IMG/VR virus record: IMGVR_UViG_3300031951_000003
Span: 62,001 to 126,000 of that record
Length of the DNA stretch: 64,000 nucleotides
Reading direction: 5' to 3' (one strand)
The notes below the pieces were generated by a model that had not been told where the DNA came from, did no database searches, and saw nothing but the letters and a program-made list of their open reading frames with translations. How positions within the stretch are numbered: position 1 is the stretch's first letter; each line of letters begins with the position of its first letter. This document shows, in pieces, positions 49,491-58,794 of this stretch. Both the position numbers and the translations under genes were made by a program.

Positions 49491-51248
49491 TTATTTGGCA
49501 CCAAATAACCACCCATATTTTTGATAATCCTGTTTAGAAGGACCCTGATTATTTGGGTGTTGCCTTCCCATTTGTGGCACGAAAGGATTGAAAAATTCTG
49601 AAGTATTTTTGTTTTCATTTACAACTGATGTCCATGAATTCAACATTGCCTTAGTATGATTTACGACTTTCTGTAATGATTGAAATGATTTTTCCGCAAC
49701 ATAAATTGCCATTGACATCCCCATAATACAGTCGTCGTGATGTCCCTTTTGATGGTCGGGTCTACCATTTACATAAATGAACGTATTCATTTCGTTGTAT
49801 AATCTATGTGAATATATTTTGAATTTGTGTCTAACCGCTTCCTCAAATGATGAAATAATTTGAACTCTCTTGGAATTGAAATTTATTCCTGGAATTTTTT
49901 CATTCAGTTTGGGGTCCCATTTCCATTTGTTGGTTGTATCTACATTATCAACATATAGTCCTGCAGGATAAGACATCTCTTGCATTTTTCTTGCAGTTGA
50001 AACCCCCATCCCTCCTGTTATATCTATAACACAATATGCATTATACATTGAACCCCATTTGAATGCTATTTCTGCAATTACATCAGGTGGGACTTTACCA
50101 ACATATTCTAATACCTGTTCTCTTTCATCAAAATCGATTATTTGTATACACGAAAAATCCTCAGAATCTCCACGTGATACGTCAACACCCATAACATATT
50201 TGTGATTATTTTCGGGTTCCTTGAATATCCATAACGCACCCCCCATTAGTTTTGCTGATGGTTCCCTTAGAGTGTTATGTGAGATTTCTTGCATCAAATC
50301 AGATTCGAAAACGTTATCACCTGAACCCAAGAAGTTACATTCCAATTCCTGAGCAACTTTTCTTCTATCGAATTTGAGTTTCTTTACCATACCCTCAAAC
50401 CAAGCAGAACAAGGTTTGTATCCTTTAGCAATATAATCTGTTGTTGTTGTATGGTCCCTTTCATAAGGGTTTTCTACAGATAAATCTAAAACTGTATCGG
50501 CAGGATAATCCTCCCTATTCAACAGAAAATGAACTAAGTCATTCGTTTTCACCATATACAGGTCTTTAGTATATCTTGGGTCTCTATACCAAAACATCTC
50601 AGAGATTTTGAATTCATTCATTCCTCTCAAGGCTTGGTCATAGATATCATAATAAATTGGGTCATAACCGTTTGGAGTTGATATTACAATCACCTTACCA
50701 CCCGTGGAGAGTGATGCCATACAAGCGGACCAAAAGTCGTTGTCGGCTTCAATGAACGCCGCTTCATCAAATACAAGTATAGTAGGGGTATAACCTCTCA
50801 GGGCATCTCTTGATGTTGCAACCGCTTTTACTTCACAATCATTTGTGAGTTTGAAATGTCGTTGAGAATTTTTTTCAGCGGAAAATCCAACACCAACCCA
50901 TGATGGCCATTGTTCAGTGAATCCCCTGATTTTGTTTGCCATCTCGACAGATGTATCGAGTTTGTTAGCGATAATGAGAATTTTTTCTGGCTTATTCTTT
51001 TTTGCAAATACTAATTTTTTTGATGCCCAAGCAGCAGTCACTGTTGATACTCCAGCCTGACGATACTTTAAGGCAATATTTTCATTATACTTATCGTAAT
51101 CTTCTATCAGTGAGACTTGGTCAGGGAATAAATCTAATGGAACATACTTCTGAACAGTGTTGTCGTATGTTTGTAAATAAGTTCGAAGTGCATAAGGAGT
51201 GCTCCTAACACACTTCGTAACCTCTATAATTAATTGTTCTTTAGTCAC
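49491..51248 (-). CDS. gp17: Terminase large subunit (T4 gp17-like)
   Basis: KYRQAGVST (Walker A variant), LVFDEAAF (Walker B), ISTPNG, GVDVSRG and HDDCIM nuclease motifs. Confidence 0.95.
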   Translation of the reverse strand: MTKEQLIIEVTKCVRSTPYALRTYLQTYDNTVQKYVPLDLFPDQVSLIEDYDKYNENIALKYRQAGVSTVTAAWASKKLVFAKKNKPEKILIIANKLDTSVEMANKIRGFTEQWPSWVGVGFSAEKNSQRHFKLTNDCEVKAVATSRDALRGYTPTILVFDEAAFIEADNDFWSACMASLSTGGKVIVISTPNGYDPIYYDIYDQALRGMNEFKISEMFWYRDPRYTKDLYMVKTNDLVHFLLNREDYPADTVLDLSVENPYERDHTTTTDYIAKGYKPCSAWFEGMVKKLKFDRRKVAQELECNFLGSGDNVFESDLMQEISHNTLREPSAKLMGGALWIFKEPENNHKYVMGVDVSRGDSEDFSCIQIIDFDEREQVLEYVGKVPPDVIAEIAFKWGSMYNAYCVIDITGGMGVSTARKMQEMSYPAGLYVDNVDTTNKWKWDPKLNEKIPGINFNSKRVQIISSFEEAVRHKFKIYSHRLYNEMNTFIYVNGRPDHQKGHHDDCIMGMSMAIYVAEKSFQSLQKVVNHTKAMLNSWTSVVNENKNTSEFFNPFVPQMGRQHPNNQGPSKQDYQKYGWLFGAK

Positions 51249-51256
51249 AGGTAAGG

Positions 51257-52564
51257 TTATTTAGGTCTTGATATACCTAAACTACCTAAGAAATCATCTA
51301 AGTCATCTTCGTCATCCTCATCTTCAGAGTCTGACCCAGTTTCTTCCTTGTAGTCATCAAACTCTCTTTTGAGTTCTTTAGCTTCTTTCATGATTTCATC
51401 GAATCTTTGAGTTGCTTTTTTCACTTTTGATTGGTCTTCGGAAATAGCGTTTCCGATAATCTCCAAAAATTCTTCGGCAGGTATTTGGTATAACTGAATG
51501 TGGAACCAGTTTATTAGACCCTTGTTTTCCTCTTCAAACATTTCATCGGGTAATGCGAATCTGATTTTTTCTACGATTTCAGGACCTATTCTTAATTGCA
51601 TAGGTTCGTTAGATAAAATATCAACTTGACCTTGAACCTTTTGTCTCATGTCCGGGTCTTCAGGTAGACCATATCTACCTTTAGCTTCTTCTATACCTTT
51701 TATAATTTCATGACACAAGATTGGGAAAATCATACCAAAGGCGTTTATTACAGTATCTGGTTTTTCTTCAGATTCTCCTTCTTCATCTCCTTCTTCATCA
51801 TCATTGTCAGAGTTTCCTAATTCGACCTTTCCAGCTACGCCTTGACCTGTTTGGCTCATCATCTCAATCATTTGTTCCATAGTGAAATACATGAAATCAT
51901 TGATTGCCATTATACCCAAGTAATCCCTATATAGAGATGGGTCAATTGCATCCAACCTTTCTTTAATTTCAGGTTTTTGAAAAACGTAGTGTCCTTTTTT
52001 TGCCGCCCCTTGAATTATAGCATTAATGATGTTTCTTTTGTGTTTTTCAAGTTCTAATTGTTCTTCATCTGTCAAATCTTCAACATCAAAAGAAATTTGT
52101 GGCATTTGAGGTTTTTTTTCCTTTTCTTCTTCTTCGTCTTCTTCAGGTTCATATCTGAAGTTAGAAACATCGATTGGTTCCCTATTAAGATATGGCTTTA
52201 TAGTAAACCAACCAGCAGGAATTTCGGTCTCATCTAAAGACGCCTCAACAGCTAACTGCTCTAACTCATCCCTGTGTTGAGATTCGATTCTCATTATGTT
52301 AGGTAAACGACTCATCATTTCCTGATAAATCATGCCTTGAACCTGTTTTGAACTTATATTTCTATTTCCAGTAACTTCTCTCAACTTATCGGCTACTTTT
52401 CCGAAACGGGAACTCACTAACCTTTGAACATCTTCAGTCCCCTTTTTCAGTGCAGGATTTTTTGCATAAAGACCTTCAGGGTCTTTCAATTTTCTTTCAA
52501 GACTAGGGTCCATTCTTTCGCTTCTCCCACCGTAATTGATTTGTTCTTTAATTCTCTTTGCCAT
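51257..52564 (-). CDS. Hypothetical protein (435 aa)
   Basis: Long acidic ORF adjacent to the terminase. Confidence 0.7.
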   Translation of the reverse strand: MAKRIKEQINYGGRSERMDPSLERKLKDPEGLYAKNPALKKGTEDVQRLVSSRFGKVADKLREVTGNRNISSKQVQGMIYQEMMSRLPNIMRIESQHRDELEQLAVEASLDETEIPAGWFTIKPYLNREPIDVSNFRYEPEEDEEEEKEKKPQMPQISFDVEDLTDEEQLELEKHKRNIINAIIQGAAKKGHYVFQKPEIKERLDAIDPSLYRDYLGIMAINDFMYFTMEQMIEMMSQTGQGVAGKVELGNSDNDDEEGDEEGESEEKPDTVINAFGMIFPILCHEIIKGIEEAKGRYGLPEDPDMRQKVQGQVDILSNEPMQLRIGPEIVEKIRFALPDEMFEEENKGLINWFHIQLYQIPAEEFLEIIGNAISEDQSKVKKATQRFDEIMKEAKELKREFDDYKEETGSDSEDEDDEDDLDDFLGSLGISRPK

Positions 52565-52565
52565 G

Positions 52566-53444
52566 TTATTTTTCTAATAGATTCATAATTAAGTCAATCA
52601 CCTCATCTTTAGCAGACTTAGCGGAAACCTTTTTAGCTTTAGGTGCTGGATTTTCACCAGGGTTAGGATTTTGTCCAGGGTGTTTTGGTCTTGGTCTCGG
52701 GGCAGGTTTTCCAGGTTTCGTGCCAGGTTGTGTTTTTGGTTTGGTAGGAGCTGTTGAAGGTCCTTGTTCCGAGATATATTTAACTAAATCACCTTTAGTT
52801 ATTCTTGGAGGCAAGTTTTTTTCTACTATCTTCATAATTTCGTTTTCTAAGAATAAAGATACAGGATTTTTTCCTTCCTTCAAAGACTTTTTTACATCCT
52901 TTACACATCTTTCGTATTTGTTTTTTTCTTTAGCACTCCAAAGATGTCTTTCCTTTGTTCCAAATTCTTTTCCTAATTGTGCAGTGCAGATAGCCCATGG
53001 ATTTTTCTTTGTCTTCTCTTCCGACATCCCCATCATTTTTCTATTATTATCAGAATCATTATCCATTCCGTCAGGAGCCATATCATTTGCATCATGAGGT
53101 GCCTCTTGACCTGTAAGTGATTGTAACGCATCCGCACCCAAGGCGTTTTGGTCAGTTACATCATCTGTTTCAGTCTCATCTAATTCTCCTTCGGTTGTTT
53201 GAGATGCAACCACATTACCCGCAGCATCCATCTTTATAGATACTCCATCAACATTAGCACCCGTAGTCCTTGCAGTTGCCGCAGGTATAGTTGTCTTTGT
53301 GATTTGTTTTTTTTCTTGTTTAACTTGTTCACTAATTACAAATCTATCAACAAGAATATCAATTTGGCTTTCGCTCAATTTAGAAAGTGTCTTTTCAGTA
53401 AGACCCTTCTCTATCAGTTTTTTAATCTTTATTTCAGTTTTCAT
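52566..53444 (-). CDS. Hypothetical protein (292 aa), possible head internal protein
   Basis: Multiple (L/I)xE sites; Pro-rich C-terminal linker. Confidence 0.65.
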   Translation of the reverse strand: MKTEIKIKKLIEKGLTEKTLSKLSESQIDILVDRFVISEQVKQEKKQITKTTIPAATARTTGANVDGVSIKMDAAGNVVASQTTEGELDETETDDVTDQNALGADALQSLTGQEAPHDANDMAPDGMDNDSDNNRKMMGMSEEKTKKNPWAICTAQLGKEFGTKERHLWSAKEKNKYERCVKDVKKSLKEGKNPVSLFLENEIMKIVEKNLPPRITKGDLVKYISEQGPSTAPTKPKTQPGTKPGKPAPRPRPKHPGQNPNPGENPAPKAKKVSAKSAKDEVIDLIMNLLEK

Positions 53445-53826
53445 AAACTACTTTCTTTTCAAATTCTAAAATCAAATCTCTTTCGTAGAGTTTGTCTTTT
53501 ATTTGTTGTTCTGTTTCACCAAATCTGAAGACTAATCTTTTTTTATTTTCATCATCAGACTCCCAAGCTAACGAGACTACGTCATCAATTGCATCTACCA
53601 TAGAAAAAAAATCGGAGTTCTGAATCAAATCCAATTTTATCTCGGTATTTCTCAGAACTCCTACTTTCTTTATATATTTTAACTCAGGTGGTGTCGGGTA
53701 TCCATTAGATGGTTTACTCTCCCAATATTCTCCCCACACATCCAAAGTATCTGAGAAAATGAATTCGTAAAGGTTGTCTCCTTTATAGTTGGGACCTAAT
53801 CCGTTTACAAATATCAATTGACTCAT
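53434..53826 (-). CDS. Hypothetical protein (130 aa)
   Basis: Coupled ORF. Confidence 0.65.
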   Translation of the reverse strand: MSQLIFVNGLGPNYKGDNLYEFIFSDTLDVWGEYWESKPSNGYPTPPELKYIKKVGVLRNTEIKLDLIQNSDFFSMVDAIDDVVSLAWESDDENKKRLVFRFGETEQQIKDKLYERDLILEFEKKVVYEN

Positions 53827-55148
53827 ACTAATAATCCTTCAGGTGAAATTTTAACTTGTTTTCCTTTATTTTCAAAAACTAAGTTTTTTTTGTTACTTTT
53901 ACCTATGATGGTTGCGTTAATGTTTTCTTCTAAAAACTTTTTTGCTGCCATTTTTTGTTCGATAGATTCACCAAGTCTTTTGACTTCGGTCATCTGTCTT
54001 TTCAAAGAAATCATAGATTGTTTTTTTCTCTCACCAAATTTTTCTCTATTCTCCAATATTTCTTTTTTACTAATCTCGAAATATTTCGAAATAACTTTGT
54101 CGATTTTGGATTCACCAAAAATACTGTCAAAAATTGCTCCATTAGTAGATTTCTTTTCTTGCTCGTCTGATTGTGTTAGTTTCGAAGTTACATAAGATGC
54201 TACTACAGGTGCCGCTGCTCTTGCAATTGTATCCCATTGTTCACCTACCTCACCTTCAACTGGAATGTCCATATCTGTTTGGATATCTTCTACTTCAGTA
54301 TCATAAGTAATATCTTCCTCTGCTGATGGTTCTTCCATACCCATTTCTTCATCTTCACCTTCAACCTCTTCAAATTTAGATAAAATATCTTCTTTATCTT
54401 CTTCACTTAAAACACCTAAATCCAATGAAGATAAAACCATGTTGATAACGTATTTCACGTTTTCAGATGTCATACCTTCTTCACTATCAAGAGTTCTTAT
54501 TTTTTGTGTGAGTTTACCAGTAAGTTTTTGTATTGTTTTGAATGTAACTTTCTCTTCTCCACCAATTTCTACTTCAGCATCCATTTCAACTTCACCTTCA
54601 GGTGCACCCATTTCATCAGCCCCCATGTCTTCCATTCCCATTTCTTCACCGCCAATTGCATCTGGTGCATCTGCGGCAGAAACTTCAGCATCAGGTGATG
54701 GTGGTAATTCAGGAGATGGAACTGCAGGTGGTTCAGCTGGTGGAACATCCTGTGGTTCAGCAACGGGTTTTGGAGTCTTTAAAACGATTTTTTTTTGCTC
54801 ACCATAAAGTGAGACACCTTCTTCGTTTTCGTTAATTCTATTCAACTCTCCCGCCAATAAATTCAATCTTTTGAATGCTTGAGAATATGATGAATAATAT
54901 TTTCTATTCTTCATCGGCTCGATGTAATCTGTCTGACCTTCAGATACCATTTTCTTAATGATGTAACCTTGTCTTTCTTTTACAATCTCATAAGAATTAC
55001 CGTCAGCTAGACCGATAGAATATTCGCTTCTACTTGTCTCATTAATTTGATTAGGAATAGACTCATTGAAACGAGCTATTTCCATAATTCTTTTAATTTT
55101 TTCTTGGCCTGTGAGCTTTTCACTTCCAATTGGTTTTAAGTCTGCCAT
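53823..55148 (-). CDS. Hypothetical acidic protein (441 aa), possible prohead core component
   Basis: Acidic, Pro/Met/Glu-rich low-complexity centre. Confidence 0.65.
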   Translation of the reverse strand: MADLKPIGSEKLTGQEKIKRIMEIARFNESIPNQINETSRSEYSIGLADGNSYEIVKERQGYIIKKMVSEGQTDYIEPMKNRKYYSSYSQAFKRLNLLAGELNRINENEEGVSLYGEQKKIVLKTPKPVAEPQDVPPAEPPAVPSPELPPSPDAEVSAADAPDAIGGEEMGMEDMGADEMGAPEGEVEMDAEVEIGGEEKVTFKTIQKLTGKLTQKIRTLDSEEGMTSENVKYVINMVLSSLDLGVLSEEDKEDILSKFEEVEGEDEEMGMEEPSAEEDITYDTEVEDIQTDMDIPVEGEVGEQWDTIARAAAPVVASYVTSKLTQSDEQEKKSTNGAIFDSIFGESKIDKVISKYFEISKKEILENREKFGERKKQSMISLKRQMTEVKRLGESIEQKMAAKKFLEENINATIIGKSNKKNLVFENKGKQVKISPEGLLV

Positions 55149-55167
55149 ATCTTAAATTATAATTTTT

Positions 55168-56178
55168 TTAGTTGTTTAATCCGTTAAACCCTCCTAAGGT
55201 TATTGCGTTTAGTTGTATCGCAATGCCATTCTCGGTTGCGTATGCTGGATGAGGTACTTGTGTTCCTGCAGGTAATGTCCCGCCACTGAACGAACCTAAC
55301 ATTTCAGCAGTATATTCATAATTTTGGTTTACAGAAGTTCCAGTATAAACCACACCACAATCTGCACAATCAACAAATGGACCGTCTACAAATGTTGCAG
55401 TTGCAACGATTGGACCATAACTTGTATCAGTTATGAAATAACAGTTATAATCTAAATTGTTGTTATCAAACGTGAATAAATACATTTCACCAATAGTTGG
55501 TGAAACTCCTGAAATCTCTACACTCCATGTTGTTCCAATACAATCCGTAATTAACCAGAATCCTGGAGGTGTTGGAGTTGGAGTTCTTGTTGGCGTAGGT
55601 GTTGTTGTGTTTGTTGGTGTCACAGGTGGTGTTCCTGTTGGCGTTGATGTTACAGTCGGAGACACAGTAGGTGTAGTTGTTGTTGTCGGTGTAACCGCTG
55701 GAGTTCCTGTGTTTGTTGGTGTTTGAGTTAATGTTGCCGATACTGATGGTGTAGGTGTTGATGTTTGAGCAGGTGTTCCTGTATTGGTATTCGTTGGTGT
55801 GTTTGTTGCCGTTACCGACGGAGTTGGTGTTGACGTAACTGAAGGAGTTCTTGTTGGAGTAGGTGTTTGAGTTCCTGTTACAGGAGGTGTTGATGTTACC
55901 GTAGGAGTTTGAGTTGTGGTAACTGATGGTGTAGGCGTTGGGGTGACAACCGCTTGACATGTTGCACAATCACCATAATCAGATGACATGAAACTAACCA
56001 CATCCAAACCTGTTGTAGGCTCAGCATTATCGATAATGTCATAACAACCCTCAGCTGTAGCTCCTGTGAATCTTAAAAAGTAATTCCCGTTTACCGCAGG
56101 GAGATTTGAACTATCAAAATCGACTAGTATCGCTGGACCGCCACTACAAGCACCAATAAGATATGTAACTAAAGCCAT
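55168..56178 (-). CDS. Third mucin-like Thr/Pro protein (336 aa)
   Basis: A TP tract of over 100 aa lies between two related modules that each end in DCxxC; TATTTATA at 56191-56198 (minus). Confidence 0.75.
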   Translation of the reverse strand: MALVTYLIGACSGGPAILVDFDSSNLPAVNGNYFLRFTGATAEGCYDIIDNAEPTTGLDVVSFMSSDYGDCATCQAVVTPTPTPSVTTTQTPTVTSTPPVTGTQTPTPTRTPSVTSTPTPSVTATNTPTNTNTGTPAQTSTPTPSVSATLTQTPTNTGTPAVTPTTTTTPTVSPTVTSTPTGTPPVTPTNTTTPTPTRTPTPTPPGFWLITDCIGTTWSVEISGVSPTIGEMYLFTFDNNNLDYNCYFITDTSYGPIVATATFVDGPFVDCADCGVVYTGTSVNQNYEYTAEMLGSFSGGTLPAGTQVPHPAYATENGIAIQLNAITLGGFNGLNN

Positions 56179-56227
56179 CTAATTTTTCTTTATAAATATA
56201 CGATTTATATAAAATAACTAATTATTA

Positions 56228-56971
56228 TCAATCAAGAGACTTAATTTCAATTGAAAGTTCTTTGTCTTTGATTTTCGTTTTTTCATCGAATAATTTTCCA
56301 ATGTGTCCTGACCTTCTCAAAAATTTGAAAACTAAATTTTCATATGAGAATTCACCGTCTTTATTTAAACCTGATTGTCTGTAGTCTTTGAGTTTTTCTT
56401 TCAATTTTTTCAACTCTTCAGTTTTACCTGTTGATTTAGCGTCTTCAACAGCATCGTCAATTTTTTCAGTCCAACATTTGATTTTATTTTTCAAAACTGA
56501 CATATTAAGCTTCAATTCCTTTTTTTCAGGTTTATGAATCCATTCGTCATTCATTATTGAAAATACACCATCACTGTGGTGTTCGTCAGATTCACCCTGC
56601 GCATAGACTTCCACATCATATCCATAAATTTTGATATTGTGTTTGGAATTGAATATTTTCTTTTTTAAGTCAAATAGTTCTACGTAAAGTTCTTTTTCTT
56701 TTCCGTATCTCTCAAAATCTATAATAACGTGTAAATCAAAGTCTGAAAACTCAGACCAATTGTAGTTTGCCAAAGAACCCATTAGAAACACGTCTTCAAC
56801 AAAAACATCATCACCTAAATCATCCACAAATTCTTCAGCAATCTTCATTAACCCTTTTCTGATTTTAGGTTTCAAAGTTGCCTCCTTTGGGTCATTTGGA
56901 TTTTCCCAAATTTTTGGATTCAAAGTATCACGAACCGAAAAACTACTTATAATTTTTTGAAAATTACTCAT
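56228..56971 (-). CDS. Pol-beta superfamily nucleotidyltransferase
   Basis: GSLANYNWSEFSDFDLH (GS...SDxD) plus a downstream YDVEVY. Confidence 0.8.
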   Translation of the reverse strand: MSNFQKIISSFSVRDTLNPKIWENPNDPKEATLKPKIRKGLMKIAEEFVDDLGDDVFVEDVFLMGSLANYNWSEFSDFDLHVIIDFERYGKEKELYVELFDLKKKIFNSKHNIKIYGYDVEVYAQGESDEHHSDGVFSIMNDEWIHKPEKKELKLNMSVLKNKIKCWTEKIDDAVEDAKSTGKTEELKKLKEKLKDYRQSGLNKDGEFSYENLVFKFLRRSGHIGKLFDEKTKIKDKELSIEIKSLD

Positions 56972-56992
56972 CCTAAATAAATAGTCAGAGTG

Positions 56993-57235
56993 TTATAGTT
57001 TTTTATATTTGAATTTTTTTGAAATATCAGTTGTGAAAAACTTTCCTTGTGATTCTGATTTTCTGAACTTTGTGTAAATCTGATGTGGAACTTCATCGTA
57101 TTCATATCGAAACCCGTTGTTAAATTCAACAATCATTTTTTTAGTTTCAGTATCATATTCGCTTTTTTTGATATTTGAAGATTTTATTTCATTCAAAATC
57201 TTTGTTCCTTTAATTTCTTCTTTAATTATTGCCAT
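56993..57235 (-). CDS. KTSC domain protein
   Basis: SSNIKKSEYD...LIVEF-like MIVEFNNG..YEYDEVP...SQGKFF. Confidence 0.85.
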   Translation of the reverse strand: MAIIKEEIKGTKILNEIKSSNIKKSEYDTETKKMIVEFNNGFRYEYDEVPHQIYTKFRKSESQGKFFTTDISKKFKYKKL

Positions 57236-57524
57236 TTTCGAGTGGGGTTAATGAATCAATTTTAGATAATTTAGGTTTTAAATAAAGTATGAAATCATCA
57301 TGAGAAACATCAAACCCATAATTTTTTAATTGTTTTTGAAGATTGTCTGCAAGCATGGATATTTCTGCTCTGATTTCAAAAATTCGGATTGGACCAGACG
57401 ATACACTTTCAAGAGACTTATCAGAATAACCTTGTTCTTGAAATATAATTCTAAGTTCCAAGTATTTTTCTAAGATTTCTTGGAAGGAGGAATTATCCTC
57501 AACAAATTTTTTCCATAGTTCCAT
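57222..57524 (-). CDS. Hypothetical protein (100 aa)
   Basis: Coupled to the KTSC gene. Confidence 0.55.
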   Translation of the reverse strand: MELWKKFVEDNSSFQEILEKYLELRIIFQEQGYSDKSLESVSSGPIRIFEIRAEISMLADNLQKQLKNYGFDVSHDDFILYLKPKLSKIDSLTPLENGNN

Positions 57525-57566
57525 ATTGTTAAATAGTTCTGATGATTATTACTATTTACTAATATC

Positions 57567-58148
57567 GTGTCATCTTTAGAAAAAATAATAAAAAAAGTTT
57601 TAATTGAGGTAAGAACCCAAAAAAAAGACGAATTCAATCGTGGTATGGAACATAGAATATATGCATCCAAATCTAACCCCGATAGACTATTCAAAGTGGG
57701 AGATGAGGGTGTAGGATATTGGGTCGAAGTATTCCGTTCAAATCCTGATATTTTTGCACAAGTTTACAGAACAGGAAAATTGGATAAATGGAATTATTAC
57801 GCCGAGATAGAAAAATTGGAAACAAATAGGGTTTTAAACGAATGGCAACAAATTGAAGAAAAATTAGAAGAAATTGGAATTATCGATTCTGAAGATGGTT
57901 CATACGGAAGAGATATTACCGACATATACACCAATCATGGGCATGACCAAAAAACAATAACAGAAATTTCAGAGAAACTGAGAGATTACGACAAACAAAC
58001 CTATAGTCTTTTTATCAAATATTTTAAACTTTTCAAAGATTGTGAAAGAGCTATTGAAAAAATTGTTGGTCATGAGACACTTGTTGATGCACATCGTTAC
58101 AATTTTGGTTATAGTAAGGATGGTAAATTGAAATGTTTGGACATATAA
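57567..58148 (+). CDS. Minimal protein-kinase-like protein
   Basis: RGMEHRIY (Gly loop-like), LFKV (catalytic Lys), DAHRYNFG (catalytic loop) and CLDI (metal-binding Asp) at the C-terminus; GTG start. Confidence 0.6.
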   Translation: MSSLEKIIKKVLIEVRTQKKDEFNRGMEHRIYASKSNPDRLFKVGDEGVGYWVEVFRSNPDIFAQVYRTGKLDKWNYYAEIEKLETNRVLNEWQQIEEKLEEIGIIDSEDGSYGRDITDIYTNHGHDQKTITEISEKLRDYDKQTYSLFIKYFKLFKDCERAIEKIVGHETLVDAHRYNFGYSKDGKLKCLDI

Positions 58149-58177
58149 AAAACCCCCGCCATTGATAACGAGGGTTA
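58147..58177. terminator. Possible terminator between the convergent kinase and hsp20 genes
   Basis: AAAAACCCCCG...CGAGGGTTAT imperfect hairpin with a T-tract on the minus strand. Confidence 0.5.
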
Positions 58178-58197
58178 TGGATGTTCCTTTTCAGAGC

Positions 58198-58596
58198 CTA
58201 TAGAATACTAATTCTTTTCTTTTCTTGTTTTATATAATTGGGAACAAAAACTGTTAACATGCCGTCTTCAATTGTTGCTTCGATTGATGAAGGATTGTAA
58301 CCTTCACCAATTTTAAATTCCTTAGAAATTTTCTTGGTTTTTTCTTCACCATTCAGTTTATAGTTTCTCATTCCGTCAATATGTAAAACACCATCTTCCA
58401 TTTCTACTTTCAAATTTGTTTTGTTGAATCCTGGTGCTTCGAAAAAAAGATAAGCACCGTCTTTGGTGTGGTTTATTTCATAATTTTCTTCAGAATTATT
58501 TTTTAACACTGAGGTGGTGAAATTGTAATTTCCCCTTTTGTTGTTAAAGAATGAATCCATAAGGTCTTCAAAATTTGAGAAATTTGAGTAATACAT
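58198..58596 (-). CDS. Small heat shock protein Hsp20 (likely start MYYSN at 58596)
   Basis: FEAPGFNKTNLKVEMEDGVLHIDG and ATIEDGMLTVFVP alpha-crystallin motifs. Confidence 0.9.
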   Translation of the reverse strand: MYYSNFSNFEDLMDSFFNNKRGNYNFTTSVLKNNSEENYEINHTKDGAYLFFEAPGFNKTNLKVEMEDGVLHIDGMRNYKLNGEEKTKKISKEFKIGEGYNPSSIEATIEDGMLTVFVPNYIKQEKKRISIL

Positions 58597-58669
58597 AATT
58601 TTTAATTTTTGTTTTATAAATTTATTATTTATTTTTGAGTAGTCAACTTTGATACCAAACCACCACAAA

Positions 58670-58743
58670 TGACAATTTGTAAGTGGAATTATAGATAATA
58701 TGACAAAGTGTCAATAAAAAAAATAAATCCTGTCAATTTGTCA
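58670..58743. promoter_or_regulatory. Array of three TGACA-N3-TGTCA near-palindromes between the divergent hsp20 and clpC genes
   Basis: TGACAattTGTAA (58670), TGACAaagTGTCA (58701, perfect) and TGTCAattTGTCA (58731). Confidence 0.65.
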
Positions 58744-58794
58744 AAACATTTGTTTGTGTCTCAAATTTGATGTTAATTTGTAAAAATATCTACT

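Noticed and set aside
1-51248. Inteins, introns or homing endonucleases in polB or the terminase
   Set aside because: Catalytic motifs are at normal spacing; no LAGLIDADG, HNH or intein terminal motifs were seen.
47682-54835. Antisense ORFs of 120-180 aa over the portal and acidic head-region genes (47682-48164, 52558-53097, 54439-54807)
   Set aside because: Explained by Pro/Glu-rich coding on the opposite strand; no independent signals.
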